A stretch of DNA of 49,068 nucleotides from Candidatus Methanosuratincola thermotaenarum (GTDB taxonomy: Archaea > Thermoproteota > Methanomethylicia > Methanomethylicales > Methanomethylicaceae): NCBI GenBank assembly GCA_038801655.1, contig JAULTB010000001.1:1-49068 (forward strand). Reading direction: 5' to 3'. The notes under the pieces were generated by a model. It searched no databases. It saw only the letters and a list, made by a program, of their open reading frames with translations, and had not been told where the DNA came from. Position numbers and translations under genes: made by a program. Shown here in pieces: positions 25,132 to 35,444 of the stretch; the stretch's first letter is position 1; the number at the start of each line of letters is the position of its first letter.

Positions 25132-25542
25132 ATGATGTCGGATTTTATTGACGTTTCAGGGAACTTGGTTAAGAAGGGGCTGAAGTATGCCAAAACTCAC
25201 GAATGGATAGACCTATCATCCTCGCCTTCAAAGGTGGGCATATCAGACTTCGCTCAGCGGAGCCTACACGATGTCGTATATGCAGACCTCCCGAAGGTCG
25301 GCCAGGTGGTCAAGCAGGGTCTGGCCCTATGCACGCTGGAGTCGATCAAGGCAGTTGCAGAGGTCTATTCTCCGGTGGACGGCGTGGTGGTCGAGGTCAA
25401 CACTGTGCTTGAAAGCAACCCCGAGCTAGTCAACAAAGATCCGTACGGTGACGGCTGGCTGGTAAAATTGCAAGTGACAGGCGGAACGGAGGTTCTCCTT
25501 GGGGCTGAAGAGTACTCCGATCTAGTCAGGAAACAGCTCTGA
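25132..25542 (+). CDS. gcvH: Glycine cleavage system H protein (lipoyl carrier)
   Basis: 136 aa with GISDFAQRSLHDVVYADLPKVG, the lipoyl-lysine block LESIKAVAEVYSPVDG and PELVNKDPYGDGWL. No gcvT or gcvP is present in the window. Confidence 0.9.
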   Translation: MMSDFIDVSGNLVKKGLKYAKTHEWIDLSSSPSKVGISDFAQRSLHDVVYADLPKVGQVVKQGLALCTLESIKAVAEVYSPVDGVVVEVNTVLESNPELVNKDPYGDGWLVKLQVTGGTEVLLGAEEYSDLVRKQL

Positions 25543-25568
25543 GCTTTCCCCCCCAACTTTTAGGGTCT

Positions 25569-26696
25569 TCACTCAGTCCCTTTGACCGTCATCATCTTAG
25601 CGAAATTGTAGTCTGCAACCACTCTAATTGGTCCCAAAAGGTGTGCATCGAGCTCGGGATCCCCTGTGTCGACCCTCAGGAATCTGGTCCACCTCAGCTT
25701 TTCTCTGGTGGCAACCACCACCACGTTCTCTTTTCCCACCGCCCTGATTACCCTTGGGCTTATTTGCTGGTTCCCTCTCCCGAAGATGAATCCTTGGTTC
25801 CCAATAGGGGAAACAATGATCTTCGCCTTTCCGTTCTCAACATTCCTGAAAATGATCTCCTCAGGCGCGTCTGCAGCAACGAGGGCTTTGTCCCTTATGA
25901 TGTCAACGCCGAGCTGCGAACCTTCGATGCCTAGAACTTGGTTTATCTTCTTGACAGTGCTGCCCGGACCGAGCAGATAAGTCGCGCCCCTCTCCATCCC
26001 CTCGACTATCCACCTGGCTATGGCCAGGGCATTTTCGCTGATATCGTCTCCGGGATATGATGCAACCTTCATTCCCTGAATCCTCTCCGGGTCGTAAGGT
26101 ACGCTCATGTACCCGTATATCCTTGATGAAACCCTCCCCTGCCTGAACGCTTCCTCATCCACATCAGCAACCTCCGCCTCCTTCAGAGGGAGCTCCCCCC
26201 AAAGGAACCTTACGAGTATCCAGGCAGCGGCCTCTGGGCTCACTGCGAAGACACCGCTGTGCATCTTCACTCCCGCGGGGATGCCTATTACCGGAACCTT
26301 GTCCCCCACCGCGTCCAAGACGTCCCTGGCGGTCCCGTCCCCTCCGCAGAATGCAATGATCCCGACCCCTTCCTCAAGCATCTTGGAAGCAGCCAGCTTG
26401 GTGTCTTCACTCGTCGTCCTGACTTTCCTCTCCATCCCTTGCACTATCCGGAATGGTAGGGATGTTCTCCTGAAAGCATCCTCCCCCATCTCACCAGGGC
26501 ATGTAAGGAAATCAATGACTCCTCCCAGTGGCTTCAATTTCTCCAGGAACCTTGTCGCCCTTCCGACAGAGACCTGGACTGCACCGAGCTGGATGGCCCT
26601 TTCAACCAGGCCGTCGGTGCCTTTCAGCCCGACCGCTCCGCCCATTCCTGCCACTGGGTTGACGATTAGCCCTGCCCTTCTGATCCCCGGCACCAT
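25569..26696 (-). CDS. ATP-NAD kinase-like family protein (AcoX-like predicted kinase)
   Basis: It has the N-terminal GLIVNPVAGMGGAVGLKGTDG, then FCGGDGTARDV and a C-terminal GNQGFIFGRGNQQISP. The track ORF starts at 26750. The internal ATG at 26696 (MVPGIRRAG) has a GGTGG Shine-Dalgarno and avoids overlap with ileS. Confidence 0.72.
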   Translation of the reverse strand: MVPGIRRAGLIVNPVAGMGGAVGLKGTDGLVERAIQLGAVQVSVGRATRFLEKLKPLGGVIDFLTCPGEMGEDAFRRTSLPFRIVQGMERKVRTTSEDTKLAASKMLEEGVGIIAFCGGDGTARDVLDAVGDKVPVIGIPAGVKMHSGVFAVSPEAAAWILVRFLWGELPLKEAEVADVDEEAFRQGRVSSRIYGYMSVPYDPERIQGMKVASYPGDDISENALAIARWIVEGMERGATYLLGPGSTVKKINQVLGIEGSQLGVDIIRDKALVAADAPEEIIFRNVENGKAKIIVSPIGNQGFIFGRGNQQISPRVIRAVGKENVVVVATREKLRWTRFLRVDTGDPELDAHLLGPIRVVADYNFAKMMTVKGTE

Positions 26697-26736
26697 GTTT
26701 CCGCCACCAATGCGCACGCAGAGGAGCACACCGCGT

Positions 26737-29700
26737 CTAGATCTTCTCAATGCTTATCGTGTACTTCTCCCCCTCAATCTCCCATGCCTCAGGAGTCCCA
26801 AAATCAGGCTCCTGCAGCGATATCTTGAGCTCCTTTGCCCTTACCTCCCCTGCAATCTGCGTCGCCCTGCTCTCGAGCGCCCTTCTCGCGTCTTCCGATG
26901 GCGCCGTCACAAAGGCTTTGATGTAGTCGTCCACATTCAGGTCAGCGCGTTTCCTCATCTCCTGGATCCTCCTAACAACATCCCTGGCTAGCCCCTCGGC
27001 AAGCAACTCATCGCTCCTTGTGGTGTCAATGAATATCTCCCCATACCTGCACTTCTCGCTCCTGTAGTTCTCGGGAAGCCTCTCTTGGACATTAACATAG
27101 TCCTTCTTCACTTCCACCCTGCCAACCCCGTCTACCTCAACCCAGACCGCTTCCCCGCGCGCGAAAGAGTCCATCGCCTCCTTCCCGTTGAGTTTGCTGA
27201 TAGCATTCGCCACCAGCCCGCTCTTTTCCCTGAAGACTGGGCCGAGTATTGACCTGTTGGGCATCAGGATCACATCCTTCATCCTCCCCCCCTCTTCGGG
27301 CGTTATCACCTCCACTTCCTTCACGTTCGCCTGATCCTGAATCACTCCCTTCATCCTTTCTATTGCTGCCTTCACCGATTCGCTATCAGTCACGACCTTC
27401 ATCCTGAGGAGGGGCATCCTGGTCTTTATCCTGGCGGCCTGCCTGGCGCTGAACGACGCCTCAATCACCTCCTTGACCACTTTCATCTCCTCCTCGAGCT
27501 TGGGATCAATCCTATCTTCGGATGGGGTTGGCCACTTGAGCATGTGCACGCTTTCTGGCATACCCTCCAGACCGGCGAAGACGTTCCGGTAGATCTCCTC
27601 CGACATGAATGGCACTATGGGAGCGATCAGTTTCAGGTAGCTCAAGAGGACGTGGCTCAAAGTTGCATATGCAGCTAGCTTGTCCGGGTCCTCCTCCTCT
27701 GTCCAAGTCCTCCTCCTGATCAGCTTTATGTACCACCTGCTGACGTCGTCCCTCATGAACTCCTCTAGGTCCCTCACCGCATCGAAGACCCTACATCCTG
27801 CCATTGCCTCGGTAACCCTCTTGACCAGGCCCTCGAACTTCGAGATTATCCACCTGTCCTCCAGCCTGAGACCCTTCTCCACGCTCCCGATCGTATGCTC
27901 CCCAGGGTCAAAATTGTCAAGGCTCATGTAAAGGCTGGCGAAGTAGTAGGTGCTCCAGAGGATGTTGAGGAACCGTGCGGTCTCCTCTATCGACTTCCAG
28001 GTGAACCTCAGGTCTTCCCATGTAGTGCACCCAAGCTCGTACCATCTAAGCGTGTCCCTTCCAAACTTCTCTATTACCTCCTCGGGGAAGACGACATTGC
28101 CGAGGGACTTGTGCATCGCCCTGCCGTCTTGGGCAGTTGTGAAACCGTGCATCAAAACCCGCCTGTACGGCGCCTCGTCGAAGAGCACTACGCTGCAGAC
28201 CATGAGCGTGTAGAACCAACCTCTAGTCTGGTCCTGCCCCTCAAGGATAAGGTCTGCCGGCCACCATCTCTCGAAACATTCTTGGCTCTTCGGGTAGCCT
28301 AGGCATGCGAACGAGGCAGACCCTGAATCCATCCAGACGTCCGCGACATCCGGCACCCTTTGCATCTCCCCGCCGCATCCACACCTCAGCTTTACCCTAT
28401 CCACCCAAGGGCGGTGGAGCTCGATCTCTCCGGAACCTGGGGCGCTCTCTCTCAGCTCTTCTATAGATCCGATGACGCGGTGCTTGCCGCAGGATTCGCA
28501 GACCCAGATCGGGAGAGGTATCCCCCAGTACCTCTGCCTCGATATCACCCAGTCCTTCGCGTTCTTTATCCAGTTGCCGAATCTTGCCTTCCCTGCCCAC
28601 TCTGGTATCCATTCGACCCTCTCATTCTCTTCGAGGAGGCGCTCCTTGAGTTCGGTGACCTTTATGAACCACTGCGAGGCAGTCCTCAGGATCAGGGGCG
28701 TCTTGCACCTCCAGCAGTGCGGGTACCTGTGCCTCGTCCTCTCCGTCTTGAACAGCAGTCCTTTGGACTTGAGATCCTCTATTATCTCCCCGTTGGTCTC
28801 CCTGACGCTCTTCCCGGCGTACTTGCCTGCCTCACTGGTAAAGCGCCCGCGCTCGTCCACAGGGCAGAAGTCGGGCAGCCCATACTCCTCGCCGACGGCA
28901 TGATCCTCCTCGCCATGTCCAGGTGCGGTGTGGACGCACCCAGTGCCTTCCTCCAGAGTGACGAACTGGTCACTGAGTACGACGAAGTGAGCAGGGCTCA
29001 GCTTCGACTGCTCAGGCACCTCCTCTAGGAGAGGCGCCCTGTATCTGAGCCCCCTCAGGTAGGATCCGGGGAACTTCTCCAAGACCTCGTATTCCCTGCC
29101 GGTGCCGGAGAACACGTGGTCGAGCCTTGCCTCCGCAAGAATGTATGTCTCCCCTCCAGATCTCGCGCGAACGTACATGAAATCGGGGTGTACCATCACG
29201 GCGGCATTCGCAGGCAGAGTCCACGGCGTTGTGGTCCAGATCAGTATGTGCTCATTCTCCTTGCCCTCGACCTTAAACTTCACGTATATGGATTCTTCTT
29301 CCAGCTCCCTGTATTCGTCCGTCGCCTCGTACCCTGCTAGCACCGTCTCGCACCTCGGGCACCAGTGGACGACCTTCTTGCCCTTCCCGAGGAGCCCTCT
29401 CTCGTCTGCCCTCTTCAGCATCGCCCAGACCGACTCGATGTAGTAGTCGTCGAGGGTCCTGTAAGGGGAGGCCCAGTCCATCCAGACCCCAAGGTTCTTG
29501 AATTGCCTCGTCGCGATCTGGAGGTTCTCGAGGGCAAACGACTTGCACGCCTTTATGAAGTTCTCTATCCCCATCGTCTCTATCTCTTTCTTGCTCTTTA
29601 TGCCGATCTTCTTCTCTACCATCACTTCTATGGGTAGACCATGCATGTCGAACCCTGGCTGATCCCTAACCCTGAAGCCGTTCATCCTGTAAAATCTGAT

Positions 29701-29922
29701 GTAGGCATCCTTGAGTATCTTGTTCCATGCCGTACCGACATGTATCGGGTTCGTCACGTAAGGCGGACCATCCAGGAAGTAGAACTTTCCTTGCCCGGCT
29801 TGCCTAGCCTTCTCCTCTATCCCCCTTTCCTGCCAGTATGCGAAAACCCCTTCTTCCACCTGCTTTGACTTGTAGTCCTTTGGCATCTTGCCTATGCGCG
29901 ACATGCCGTCTGCCCCAGACAC
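26737..29922 (-). CDS. ileS: Isoleucyl-tRNA synthetase
   Basis: 1061 aa with the class I HIGH-type motif PPYVTNPIHVGTAWNK and the KMSKS-type GRAMHKSLGNVV. A CP1 editing region and Zn-binding cysteines (CPRCET, CWRCKTP, CESCG) are present. Confidence 0.95.
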   Translation of the reverse strand: MSGADGMSRIGKMPKDYKSKQVEEGVFAYWQERGIEEKARQAGQGKFYFLDGPPYVTNPIHVGTAWNKILKDAYIRFYRMNGFRVRDQPGFDMHGLPIEVMVEKKIGIKSKKEIETMGIENFIKACKSFALENLQIATRQFKNLGVWMDWASPYRTLDDYYIESVWAMLKRADERGLLGKGKKVVHWCPRCETVLAGYEATDEYRELEEESIYVKFKVEGKENEHILIWTTTPWTLPANAAVMVHPDFMYVRARSGGETYILAEARLDHVFSGTGREYEVLEKFPGSYLRGLRYRAPLLEEVPEQSKLSPAHFVVLSDQFVTLEEGTGCVHTAPGHGEEDHAVGEEYGLPDFCPVDERGRFTSEAGKYAGKSVRETNGEIIEDLKSKGLLFKTERTRHRYPHCWRCKTPLILRTASQWFIKVTELKERLLEENERVEWIPEWAGKARFGNWIKNAKDWVISRQRYWGIPLPIWVCESCGKHRVIGSIEELRESAPGSGEIELHRPWVDRVKLRCGCGGEMQRVPDVADVWMDSGSASFACLGYPKSQECFERWWPADLILEGQDQTRGWFYTLMVCSVVLFDEAPYRRVLMHGFTTAQDGRAMHKSLGNVVFPEEVIEKFGRDTLRWYELGCTTWEDLRFTWKSIEETARFLNILWSTYYFASLYMSLDNFDPGEHTIGSVEKGLRLEDRWIISKFEGLVKRVTEAMAGCRVFDAVRDLEEFMRDDVSRWYIKLIRRRTWTEEEDPDKLAAYATLSHVLLSYLKLIAPIVPFMSEEIYRNVFAGLEGMPESVHMLKWPTPSEDRIDPKLEEEMKVVKEVIEASFSARQAARIKTRMPLLRMKVVTDSESVKAAIERMKGVIQDQANVKEVEVITPEEGGRMKDVILMPNRSILGPVFREKSGLVANAISKLNGKEAMDSFARGEAVWVEVDGVGRVEVKKDYVNVQERLPENYRSEKCRYGEIFIDTTRSDELLAEGLARDVVRRIQEMRKRADLNVDDYIKAFVTAPSEDARRALESRATQIAGEVRAKELKISLQEPDFGTPEAWEIEGEKYTISIEKI

Positions 29923-30036
29923 CTGAAATCTTTTGCCGCTTCGATATTAACCCTTTCCTGAGCCCTTCCGCCCCTAGTGCCTGATCCGCTTCAACACCAT
30001 AGGGTTTAAATTGCTCTCGGGATAAGGTCAATTGTT

Positions 30037-32085
30037 TTGGTGATGTCAACAATGAGCCGTAAGGCAAACTTCCCTTTGAGGAGCCTTAAGTTTGGCACAA
30101 ACGACCTTCTTGTTTACGTCTCGCTGATCGCGATACTCGCCCTCGGCGTGGTCATACGCCTGCTCCCGCTGAAATGGGGTATTTACCTCGATGAATTCGA
30201 CCCCTACATCCAGTACAAAGGGGCTCAGTACATCGTCGAGAACGGCTTCAGCGCGTGGTACACTTGGTTCGATCCCACGAGGTGGGCGCCCTGGGGGACC
30301 GACCAGTCTACGGCTGGGCTTCCGGGGGTGCCTTTCGCGGGCGCCGCCGTGTACCTGCTGCTGAACTCCCTAGGCATAAGTGTCCCGCTCTTTGATGTCG
30401 TCGTCTTCTTCCCGGTCTTCGCCGGCGGAGCAATCATACTCCTGGGCTACTTCCTCGGTAAGGAGCTTGTGAACAAGGGGGTTGGGCTGCTGACTTCGCT
30501 GATCCTTGCCATCGACTCCACCGCCATCCAACGGACCTCCCTCGGCTTCTTCGACACAGAGTCTGTCGGGATGGTTGGGATGCTAATAGCCCTCGTCTTC
30601 TTCGTCAAGTCGCTACGGAGTAGGACCGTCCCTTACGCCGTGGTCTCAGGGCTCGGGCTTGCCCTCATGGCCATCTCCTGGAGAGCCTTCCTCTACACAA
30701 TAAACTTCCTTGCGCTCTACGTGGTGGTGATGGTGCTGCTGGGGAGGTGGAGCAGGCGCATGACCACCTCGTTCGCAATCGTCTCCTCAATAACACTCTT
30801 TGCCGTCGCGTCGACACCCGCGTATGGCTTCTCAATGCTCGTCTCCCCATATACAGTAGGCGCCTATGTAGCATTCCTTGTGTGCATCATCAGGTCTCTC
30901 TCCGAGGAGATCCCTGACCCTGGGAAGCGCACCAAGTTCACCATAGGCCTCGTCGCCTCGGTCTTGGTCGTGGTCGGCGCGCTCACGCTGTCTGGTGTGT
31001 TCGGGGACATCACTGGGAAGTTCTTGGCCATCGTGAACCCCTTCTCGCGCATCGACGAGGGCGTCAGGACGGTCGGGGAGCAATTCCCGTCCACATGGTC
31101 ACAGTTCTTCTCGACATACCGATCCCTGATACTGCTGCTGCCTGTGGGGATCCTATATGCGTTGAGGCGCATCAGCGACGAGGCCCTCTTCATAACACTG
31201 CTTGCCATCACCGCTCTCTATGGCGCTGGATCCTTCGTCCGCCTGATGATACTCGTCGCACCCGCAGTGGCTATGGTATCTGGGTATGCCCTCAGCTCCA
31301 TAATCGCAACGGTTCGCCCCGTCCTGAAGCACGAACTGGACCGTAAGAGCAAGGCTTCCCTGCTTGGCAAGTACTACGGTTTCTTCACTATCGCCCTCAT
31401 CGCAGCCGCGATAGTGCCGGTCGTCGCGGACTCTCCTGGGATCAGGTATGCGGACCGTCCGGCAATGATAGTTTCGGCCTCGACAGGTTTGCGCCAGGAG
31501 ATCCCTGACTGGATCGAGGCGCTCGCCTGGATGAGGGACAACATACCCCAGGACGCGATTGTCGGATGCTGGTGGGACTATGGGTACTGGATTAACGTCA
31601 TGGCCAACAAATCCGTGATCGACGACAACGCCACCATCAATGGGACCCAGATCGTCCAGGTTGCCAAAGCCTTCCTCAACAACGAGTCCGTTTCACTCGA
31701 GATCTTTAGGGCGATGAATGTGTCATACGTCGTGGTTTATGAACCATTCACCCGCGTGTCGACAAACCCACCGCTGGCCCTGCCTCCATGGTACATACTT
31801 GGAGACTTTGAGAAGTCCACCGCCATGATGGTCTGGGCGGGATACAATTCTTCTGATTACATCTCGCCGGTGACGATAAACTTGGGAGGGGCCCTCTACA
31901 GCTACCCCTTGCCCGCCGGTCCGAAGGCTGCAAATGCCACGCTGTACCAGCTGCTCTTCTACCCATACAGGGAGGCGTACAACCAGACTTTAGGGATTCA
32001 TATATCTGCCCCTCAGAACTACCAGCTTGTGTACGTTTCTCCTAGCAACGGGTGGGTTATGGTATACAAGATCAATTACCCGTGA
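30037..32085 (+). CDS. aglB: Archaeal oligosaccharyltransferase (STT3 homologue)
   Basis: 682 aa. The N-terminal half is multi-TM and is followed by the hallmark WWDYGYW motif and a soluble C-terminal domain. Confidence 0.9.
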   Translation: MVMSTMSRKANFPLRSLKFGTNDLLVYVSLIAILALGVVIRLLPLKWGIYLDEFDPYIQYKGAQYIVENGFSAWYTWFDPTRWAPWGTDQSTAGLPGVPFAGAAVYLLLNSLGISVPLFDVVVFFPVFAGGAIILLGYFLGKELVNKGVGLLTSLILAIDSTAIQRTSLGFFDTESVGMVGMLIALVFFVKSLRSRTVPYAVVSGLGLALMAISWRAFLYTINFLALYVVVMVLLGRWSRRMTTSFAIVSSITLFAVASTPAYGFSMLVSPYTVGAYVAFLVCIIRSLSEEIPDPGKRTKFTIGLVASVLVVVGALTLSGVFGDITGKFLAIVNPFSRIDEGVRTVGEQFPSTWSQFFSTYRSLILLLPVGILYALRRISDEALFITLLAITALYGAGSFVRLMILVAPAVAMVSGYALSSIIATVRPVLKHELDRKSKASLLGKYYGFFTIALIAAAIVPVVADSPGIRYADRPAMIVSASTGLRQEIPDWIEALAWMRDNIPQDAIVGCWWDYGYWINVMANKSVIDDNATINGTQIVQVAKAFLNNESVSLEIFRAMNVSYVVVYEPFTRVSTNPPLALPPWYILGDFEKSTAMMVWAGYNSSDYISPVTINLGGALYSYPLPAGPKAANATLYQLLFYPYREAYNQTLGIHISAPQNYQLVYVSPSNGWVMVYKINYP

Positions 32086-32139
32086 GTTTTCCCCGCCCGT
32101 CAGGTGATAGGGGCTGACAGCCTCCTTTTTCTTTTGCCC

Positions 32140-32325
32140 TCAATCCTCTTTTTCTTTCCAGTCGGATTCCTTAAGGGCCAACCTGAACCTGCTGTATTTG
32201 TCGTCGGGAGAGAACTTTGCAGGATGCGGTATCCTGAGCCCCCCGCCGCACCTCGGGCAGGAGTCCTGTCTCAGCGTATATGCGCCGCACGAGGTGCACT
32301 TCCTGAGCATCCCCTTCATTCCCAA
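32140..32325 (-). CDS. nop10: H/ACA ribonucleoprotein component Nop10
   Basis: The sequence is LRKCTSCGAYTLRQDSCPRCGGGLRIPHPAKFSPDDKYSRFRLALK, a zinc ribbon plus the P-x-(K/R)FSP-x-D-x-Y motif. The start may be one of the internal Met codons. Confidence 0.85.
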   Translation of the reverse strand: MGMKGMLRKCTSCGAYTLRQDSCPRCGGGLRIPHPAKFSPDDKYSRFRLALKESDWKEKED

Positions 32326-32332
32326 AACGCCC

Positions 32333-33124
32333 CTAGCGGACGAATTCTGCTGTACCGCCCGATTTCCTGAAGGTGTTTGCTATTGCCTCCACTGCTGCCT
32401 TCATCTGCTCCTCGGCAATCCTGTAATCCTTTGCAGAGATCTCTATTCTATACCTTGGGGCGCCGAGAGTGTAAACCTCTACCTTAGCCACTTTCGGGTC
32501 CACCGCCTTCACCCCTTCGCTGAGCGCCCTCTTGATGTCTTCGACTCCCTCCGGCCTGTTCGTGGCAAGCTTAACCTCGCCCATTATCTGGACCATTGGC
32601 GCTTCTATGTGGTCCTTTGATACATCATACAGCGCCCTTGCCCAATCTTCGCTTATTCCTGCCTCCGAAACCGCCTTTGTCCCCCTCTGGACGAGTTGCT
32701 CAAGCGCAGCGTATAGATCGCCGTACCTTTCCTCGAGTGGGATCCCTACTAGCCTGATCGCATCCTGGGGTTCTTTCCCAAGCTTCTTGGCTGCCATCTC
32801 CAGGATCTTTTCGGCCTTCTTAGATTTCTTCCACTGGATAAGCTTCTCCTTCTTTTCCCTCTCGGTTACTTTCCTGAGGGAAAGATCGATGTGGCCTTTC
32901 CTCTCGTCGATCCTTATCACTTTTAGGACGAGTTTTTGCCCCTCTTTTACAAAGTCCTTGATGTTCTTGACCCACGTCGAGGCGACCTCGCCTATCGGCA
33001 CATAGCCGTTCTTGCCATACTCGTCCAGGCTTACGTAGACGCCGTGCTCCTGAAGCCTCACAGCAGTCGCAATAACGAACTCCCCGATCTCCGGGCATTC
33101 CTTCTTTCTGAGAACCATCACCAA
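32333..33124 (-). CDS. eif2a: Translation initiation factor aIF2 alpha subunit
   Basis: 263 aa. The N-terminal S1 domain is PEIGEFVIATAVRLQEHGVYVSLDEYGKNGYVPIGEVASTWVKNIKDFVKEGQKLVLKVIRID..KGHIDLSLRKV. Confidence 0.92.
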   Translation of the reverse strand: MVMVLRKKECPEIGEFVIATAVRLQEHGVYVSLDEYGKNGYVPIGEVASTWVKNIKDFVKEGQKLVLKVIRIDERKGHIDLSLRKVTEREKKEKLIQWKKSKKAEKILEMAAKKLGKEPQDAIRLVGIPLEERYGDLYAALEQLVQRGTKAVSEAGISEDWARALYDVSKDHIEAPMVQIMGEVKLATNRPEGVEDIKRALSEGVKAVDPKVAKVEVYTLGAPRYRIEISAKDYRIAEEQMKAAVEAIANTFRKSGGTAEFVR

Positions 33125-33234
33125 ACACCTTTAATCGATTGACGGGTGAGCTTGAACTTCCAACTTGAAGTAAGCATATTGAACGACAAGTTATAAGTTT
33201 ATCCCAAAAACTCCAGGGCAGAAGATTACCCAAT

Positions 33235-33240
33235 AAAAAA
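33235..33240 (-). terminator. Oligo-T (T6) tract downstream of rps27e
   Basis: A6 on the plus strand lies 10 nt past the rps27e stop. It is followed on the minus strand by AACTTATAAC (TATA-like) and an AAAGGTG Shine-Dalgarno for aIF2alpha. Confidence 0.35.
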
Positions 33241-33250
33241 TGGTGAGCTT

Positions 33251-33457
33251 CTAGCTTATTTCCCTGACCTTGTCAGAGAGGATCTCGCTCTTGCCTCCGG
33301 TCGGCAGAGCTAGGTCCTTCCCGCAAATGTTGCACTTCACAACGGTGGCTACATGCGAGAATACTGTCTGTTCATTCCCGCACTCCGGGCACTGAACCAT
33401 GTAGAACTTGCTTCTCGGCACAGGCGTGAGCATCTCTTTTCTCTTCATATCATGCAC
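33251..33457 (-). CDS. rps27e: 30S ribosomal protein S27e
   Basis: 68 aa with the zinc ribbon CPECGNEQTVFSHVATVVKCNICG. Confidence 0.93.
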   Translation of the reverse strand: MHDMKRKEMLTPVPRSKFYMVQCPECGNEQTVFSHVATVVKCNICGKDLALPTGGKSEILSDKVREIS

Positions 33458-33458
33458 C

Positions 33459-33734
33459 TCAGACTATCTCCAGCTTCTTTAGCCTGATTCCTTTCCTCTG
33501 GTTCTGATAGCCGCACTTCTTGCACTTCAGCTTTAGGCTAAGCTTCTTGGTCGTCTTGGCTGTCCTCTTCTGGACCGGCTTCCTTGAGCTGCCGTAGCCC
33601 AGCTTTTTCCTCTCATACCTCCTTGTGCCCTCTGCCAGCGCCCTCTCCTTGCCTTTCTTGTAAAGTGTCACGCTGTGGGCAGTGTAAGCCTTACACCTTG
33701 GGCAGTACGTGTTTATCTCTTTTGGTGCCTTCAT
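33459..33734 (-). CDS. rpl44e: 50S ribosomal protein L44e
   Basis: 91 aa with YCPRCKAYTAHSVTLYKKGKE...RRYERKKLGYGS...LKLKCKKCG. Confidence 0.93.
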   Translation of the reverse strand: MKAPKEINTYCPRCKAYTAHSVTLYKKGKERALAEGTRRYERKKLGYGSSRKPVQKRTAKTTKKLSLKLKCKKCGYQNQRKGIRLKKLEIV

Positions 33735-33739
33735 CTCGA

Positions 33740-34264
33740 TTACCTCTTAATCTCTGCTGCGATCCCCCTCTTGATGAGGGCTTCAGCGTTCTGCGCTGGA
33801 AGCAGCGCAACGTCCTCGGTCTTATAGGGGCCGTATGTTTTTAAATCTACCCCTATGAACGGTGGAACATCTCCAAGCAATCTGGCTAATATCTTTTTCG
33901 TACCCCCTGCAGGGATCTTTTCTGGAGACTTTTCCTTGAAGAACCCCTTCTCCTCCTCTAGCAGCCTCTCAGGATCGAGGGTCCCAGAAATGAAGTCTCT
34001 GCATATCTTGGACTTCCTGAGTAGCCTGAGCTCCGCAAGCGCAGTCTTGGCCCTATTCAGCTCCTCCTGCATCAGCCTTCCCCTCACGCCTTCCGCACCC
34101 CCTGCGAGATCTTCAAGGTACCTGTTCACTTCGTGGATGAACCCGTCTGGGAGCCTTTGCAGCTCCTGGCTCTCCCTCTCTGCAGTCCAGAAGTCCAGTA
34201 TTCTCCTGTACAAATCCGTGTCACCTCGGCTCGGCCGCTCCCCTGCATATGAGGTATAGACCAA
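33740..34264 (-). CDS. GINS complex subunit (Gins51/Gins15 type)
   Basis: The A-domain helix is LYRRILDFWTAERESQELQRLPDGFIHEVNRYLEDL. The B-domain is PPFIGVDLKTYGPYKTEDVALLPAQNAEALIKRGIA. The position immediately downstream of priS is typical. The true start is perhaps the TTG at 34213, just after the priS stop. Confidence 0.75.
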   Translation of the reverse strand: MVYTSYAGERPSRGDTDLYRRILDFWTAERESQELQRLPDGFIHEVNRYLEDLAGGAEGVRGRLMQEELNRAKTALAELRLLRKSKICRDFISGTLDPERLLEEEKGFFKEKSPEKIPAGGTKKILARLLGDVPPFIGVDLKTYGPYKTEDVALLPAQNAEALIKRGIAAEIKR

Positions 34265-35444
34265 GCGCCAGGGGAACCTCCAACGTTTTGTCCTTTAGAG
34301 GCCCCAGCTCTTCATCCCCTATCCTTACACGAGGGGCTTCTTTAACATATATCCTTATACTGCCGTGCCTGAAGGCTACAGCCTCCTTAAGCGGGTCGAA
34401 ATTGTCTATGCCGCTGTAATCCACACGGAGTGTCCTGAGCCCTGACTTCCCGTGCAGGCTGTTTGGGCACCTTATCAGCCTTTTTGAGTCGATGGTGACC
34501 CTCTCGTCTATGTTGCAAGTGAGGTCCTTGATTGACGCGATCGCTATTTTTTCGAGGCTCTCCAGCGTGTATCCCTTCAGGCCGCCCCAGTAGGGCGGGT
34601 CGGATGATATGTTCCTGAGGAACTTTTCCTTGTTCTCGTAAATGCTCTTCGCCACGGTTGGGGCGACTACCTTTTTCATGTCCTCGAGTGAAGACCTGTT
34701 GACGAATTCATAGATTGCCCTTGCGACCCTGCCCCTCCAGCCGCCATCTTTCATATCCGGGCCCACTAGTATCCCGCTCTTTTCCTCCCTGAATCCATGC
34801 GCCCTAATATCGAGCCCTATCCCCCTCACATAATCAGCAATCTCCCTCCTCCCATCTCCTGAGAGCATCCGGAACGTTCCGCCCCTAACATGTATGTGGT
34901 AACCCCTATGGCCTGAGAAGAACACCTCAAAATCGGATTCCGAGACCCCAAAGTCTGGAAGGAGGTAATCGTCGATTATCTTCACCACTTCCTTCTTTGC
35001 GGCTTCCAGGCAATCTTCGCAGATCCAGGTCCTCGTGTCGATCTTCTTCATCCCGCAATTTGGGCAGCTCTCGGGTGGGAACCCAGCCCCGTCCCTTCCG
35101 CACTCCATGCAGCGCCACCGGTCATGCCTCTCCTTGCACCCTGTCCTTATGTGGTCCGAGTCAACATCAAAGATGAGATCCGCCCCGAGCCACCCCTTTT
35201 CATTCATGTCAGTCGCCTCCGGGGTCTTGTAATAAGCCGAGGAATGGTAGATGTGTGCAGGCGTGTTCTCCACGATGTAACTTTTCAATGATGGCGGATC
35301 AAGGAACTTCATGTGTCTTATCATTACCTCGCCGCTGAACTGGAGGAATGCAAACTCCCTCTGCGGCATATCCGGTATCCCGATATCCTCCGCCCTCAAT
35401 CCTGAATAGTATTCCCTAAACTCCTTTCTTACGATCTCGTGCAC
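34221..35444 (-). CDS. priS: DNA primase small (catalytic) subunit PriS
   Basis: 407 aa with the catalytic DLIFDVDSDH and FSGHRGYHIHV motifs and the zinc knuckle CMECG...CPNCG. Confidence 0.93.
   Translation of the reverse strand: MHEIVRKEFREYYSGLRAEDIGIPDMPQREFAFLQFSGEVMIRHMKFLDPPSLKSYIVENTPAHIYHSSAYYKTPEATDMNEKGWLGADLIFDVDSDHIRTGCKERHDRWRCMECGRDGAGFPPESCPNCGMKKIDTRTWICEDCLEAAKKEVVKIIDDYLLPDFGVSESDFEVFFSGHRGYHIHVRGGTFRMLSGDGRREIADYVRGIGLDIRAHGFREEKSGILVGPDMKDGGWRGRVARAIYEFVNRSSLEDMKKVVAPTVAKSIYENKEKFLRNISSDPPYWGGLKGYTLESLEKIAIASIKDLTCNIDERVTIDSKRLIRCPNSLHGKSGLRTLRVDYSGIDNFDPLKEAVAFRHGSIRIYVKEAPRVRIGDEELGPLKDKTLEVPLALGLYLICRGAAEPR

Noticed and set aside
26107-26991. Long antisense ORF (294 aa). 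Similar cases are 7387..8067, 7557..8117, 10155..10778, 14130..14678, 18072..18608, 28360..29028, 32532..33005, 46923..47432
   Set aside because: All lie opposite genes with strong family motifs. They translate to Ser/Pro/Arg/Leu-rich low-complexity sequence typical of shadow frames in GC-rich coding DNA.
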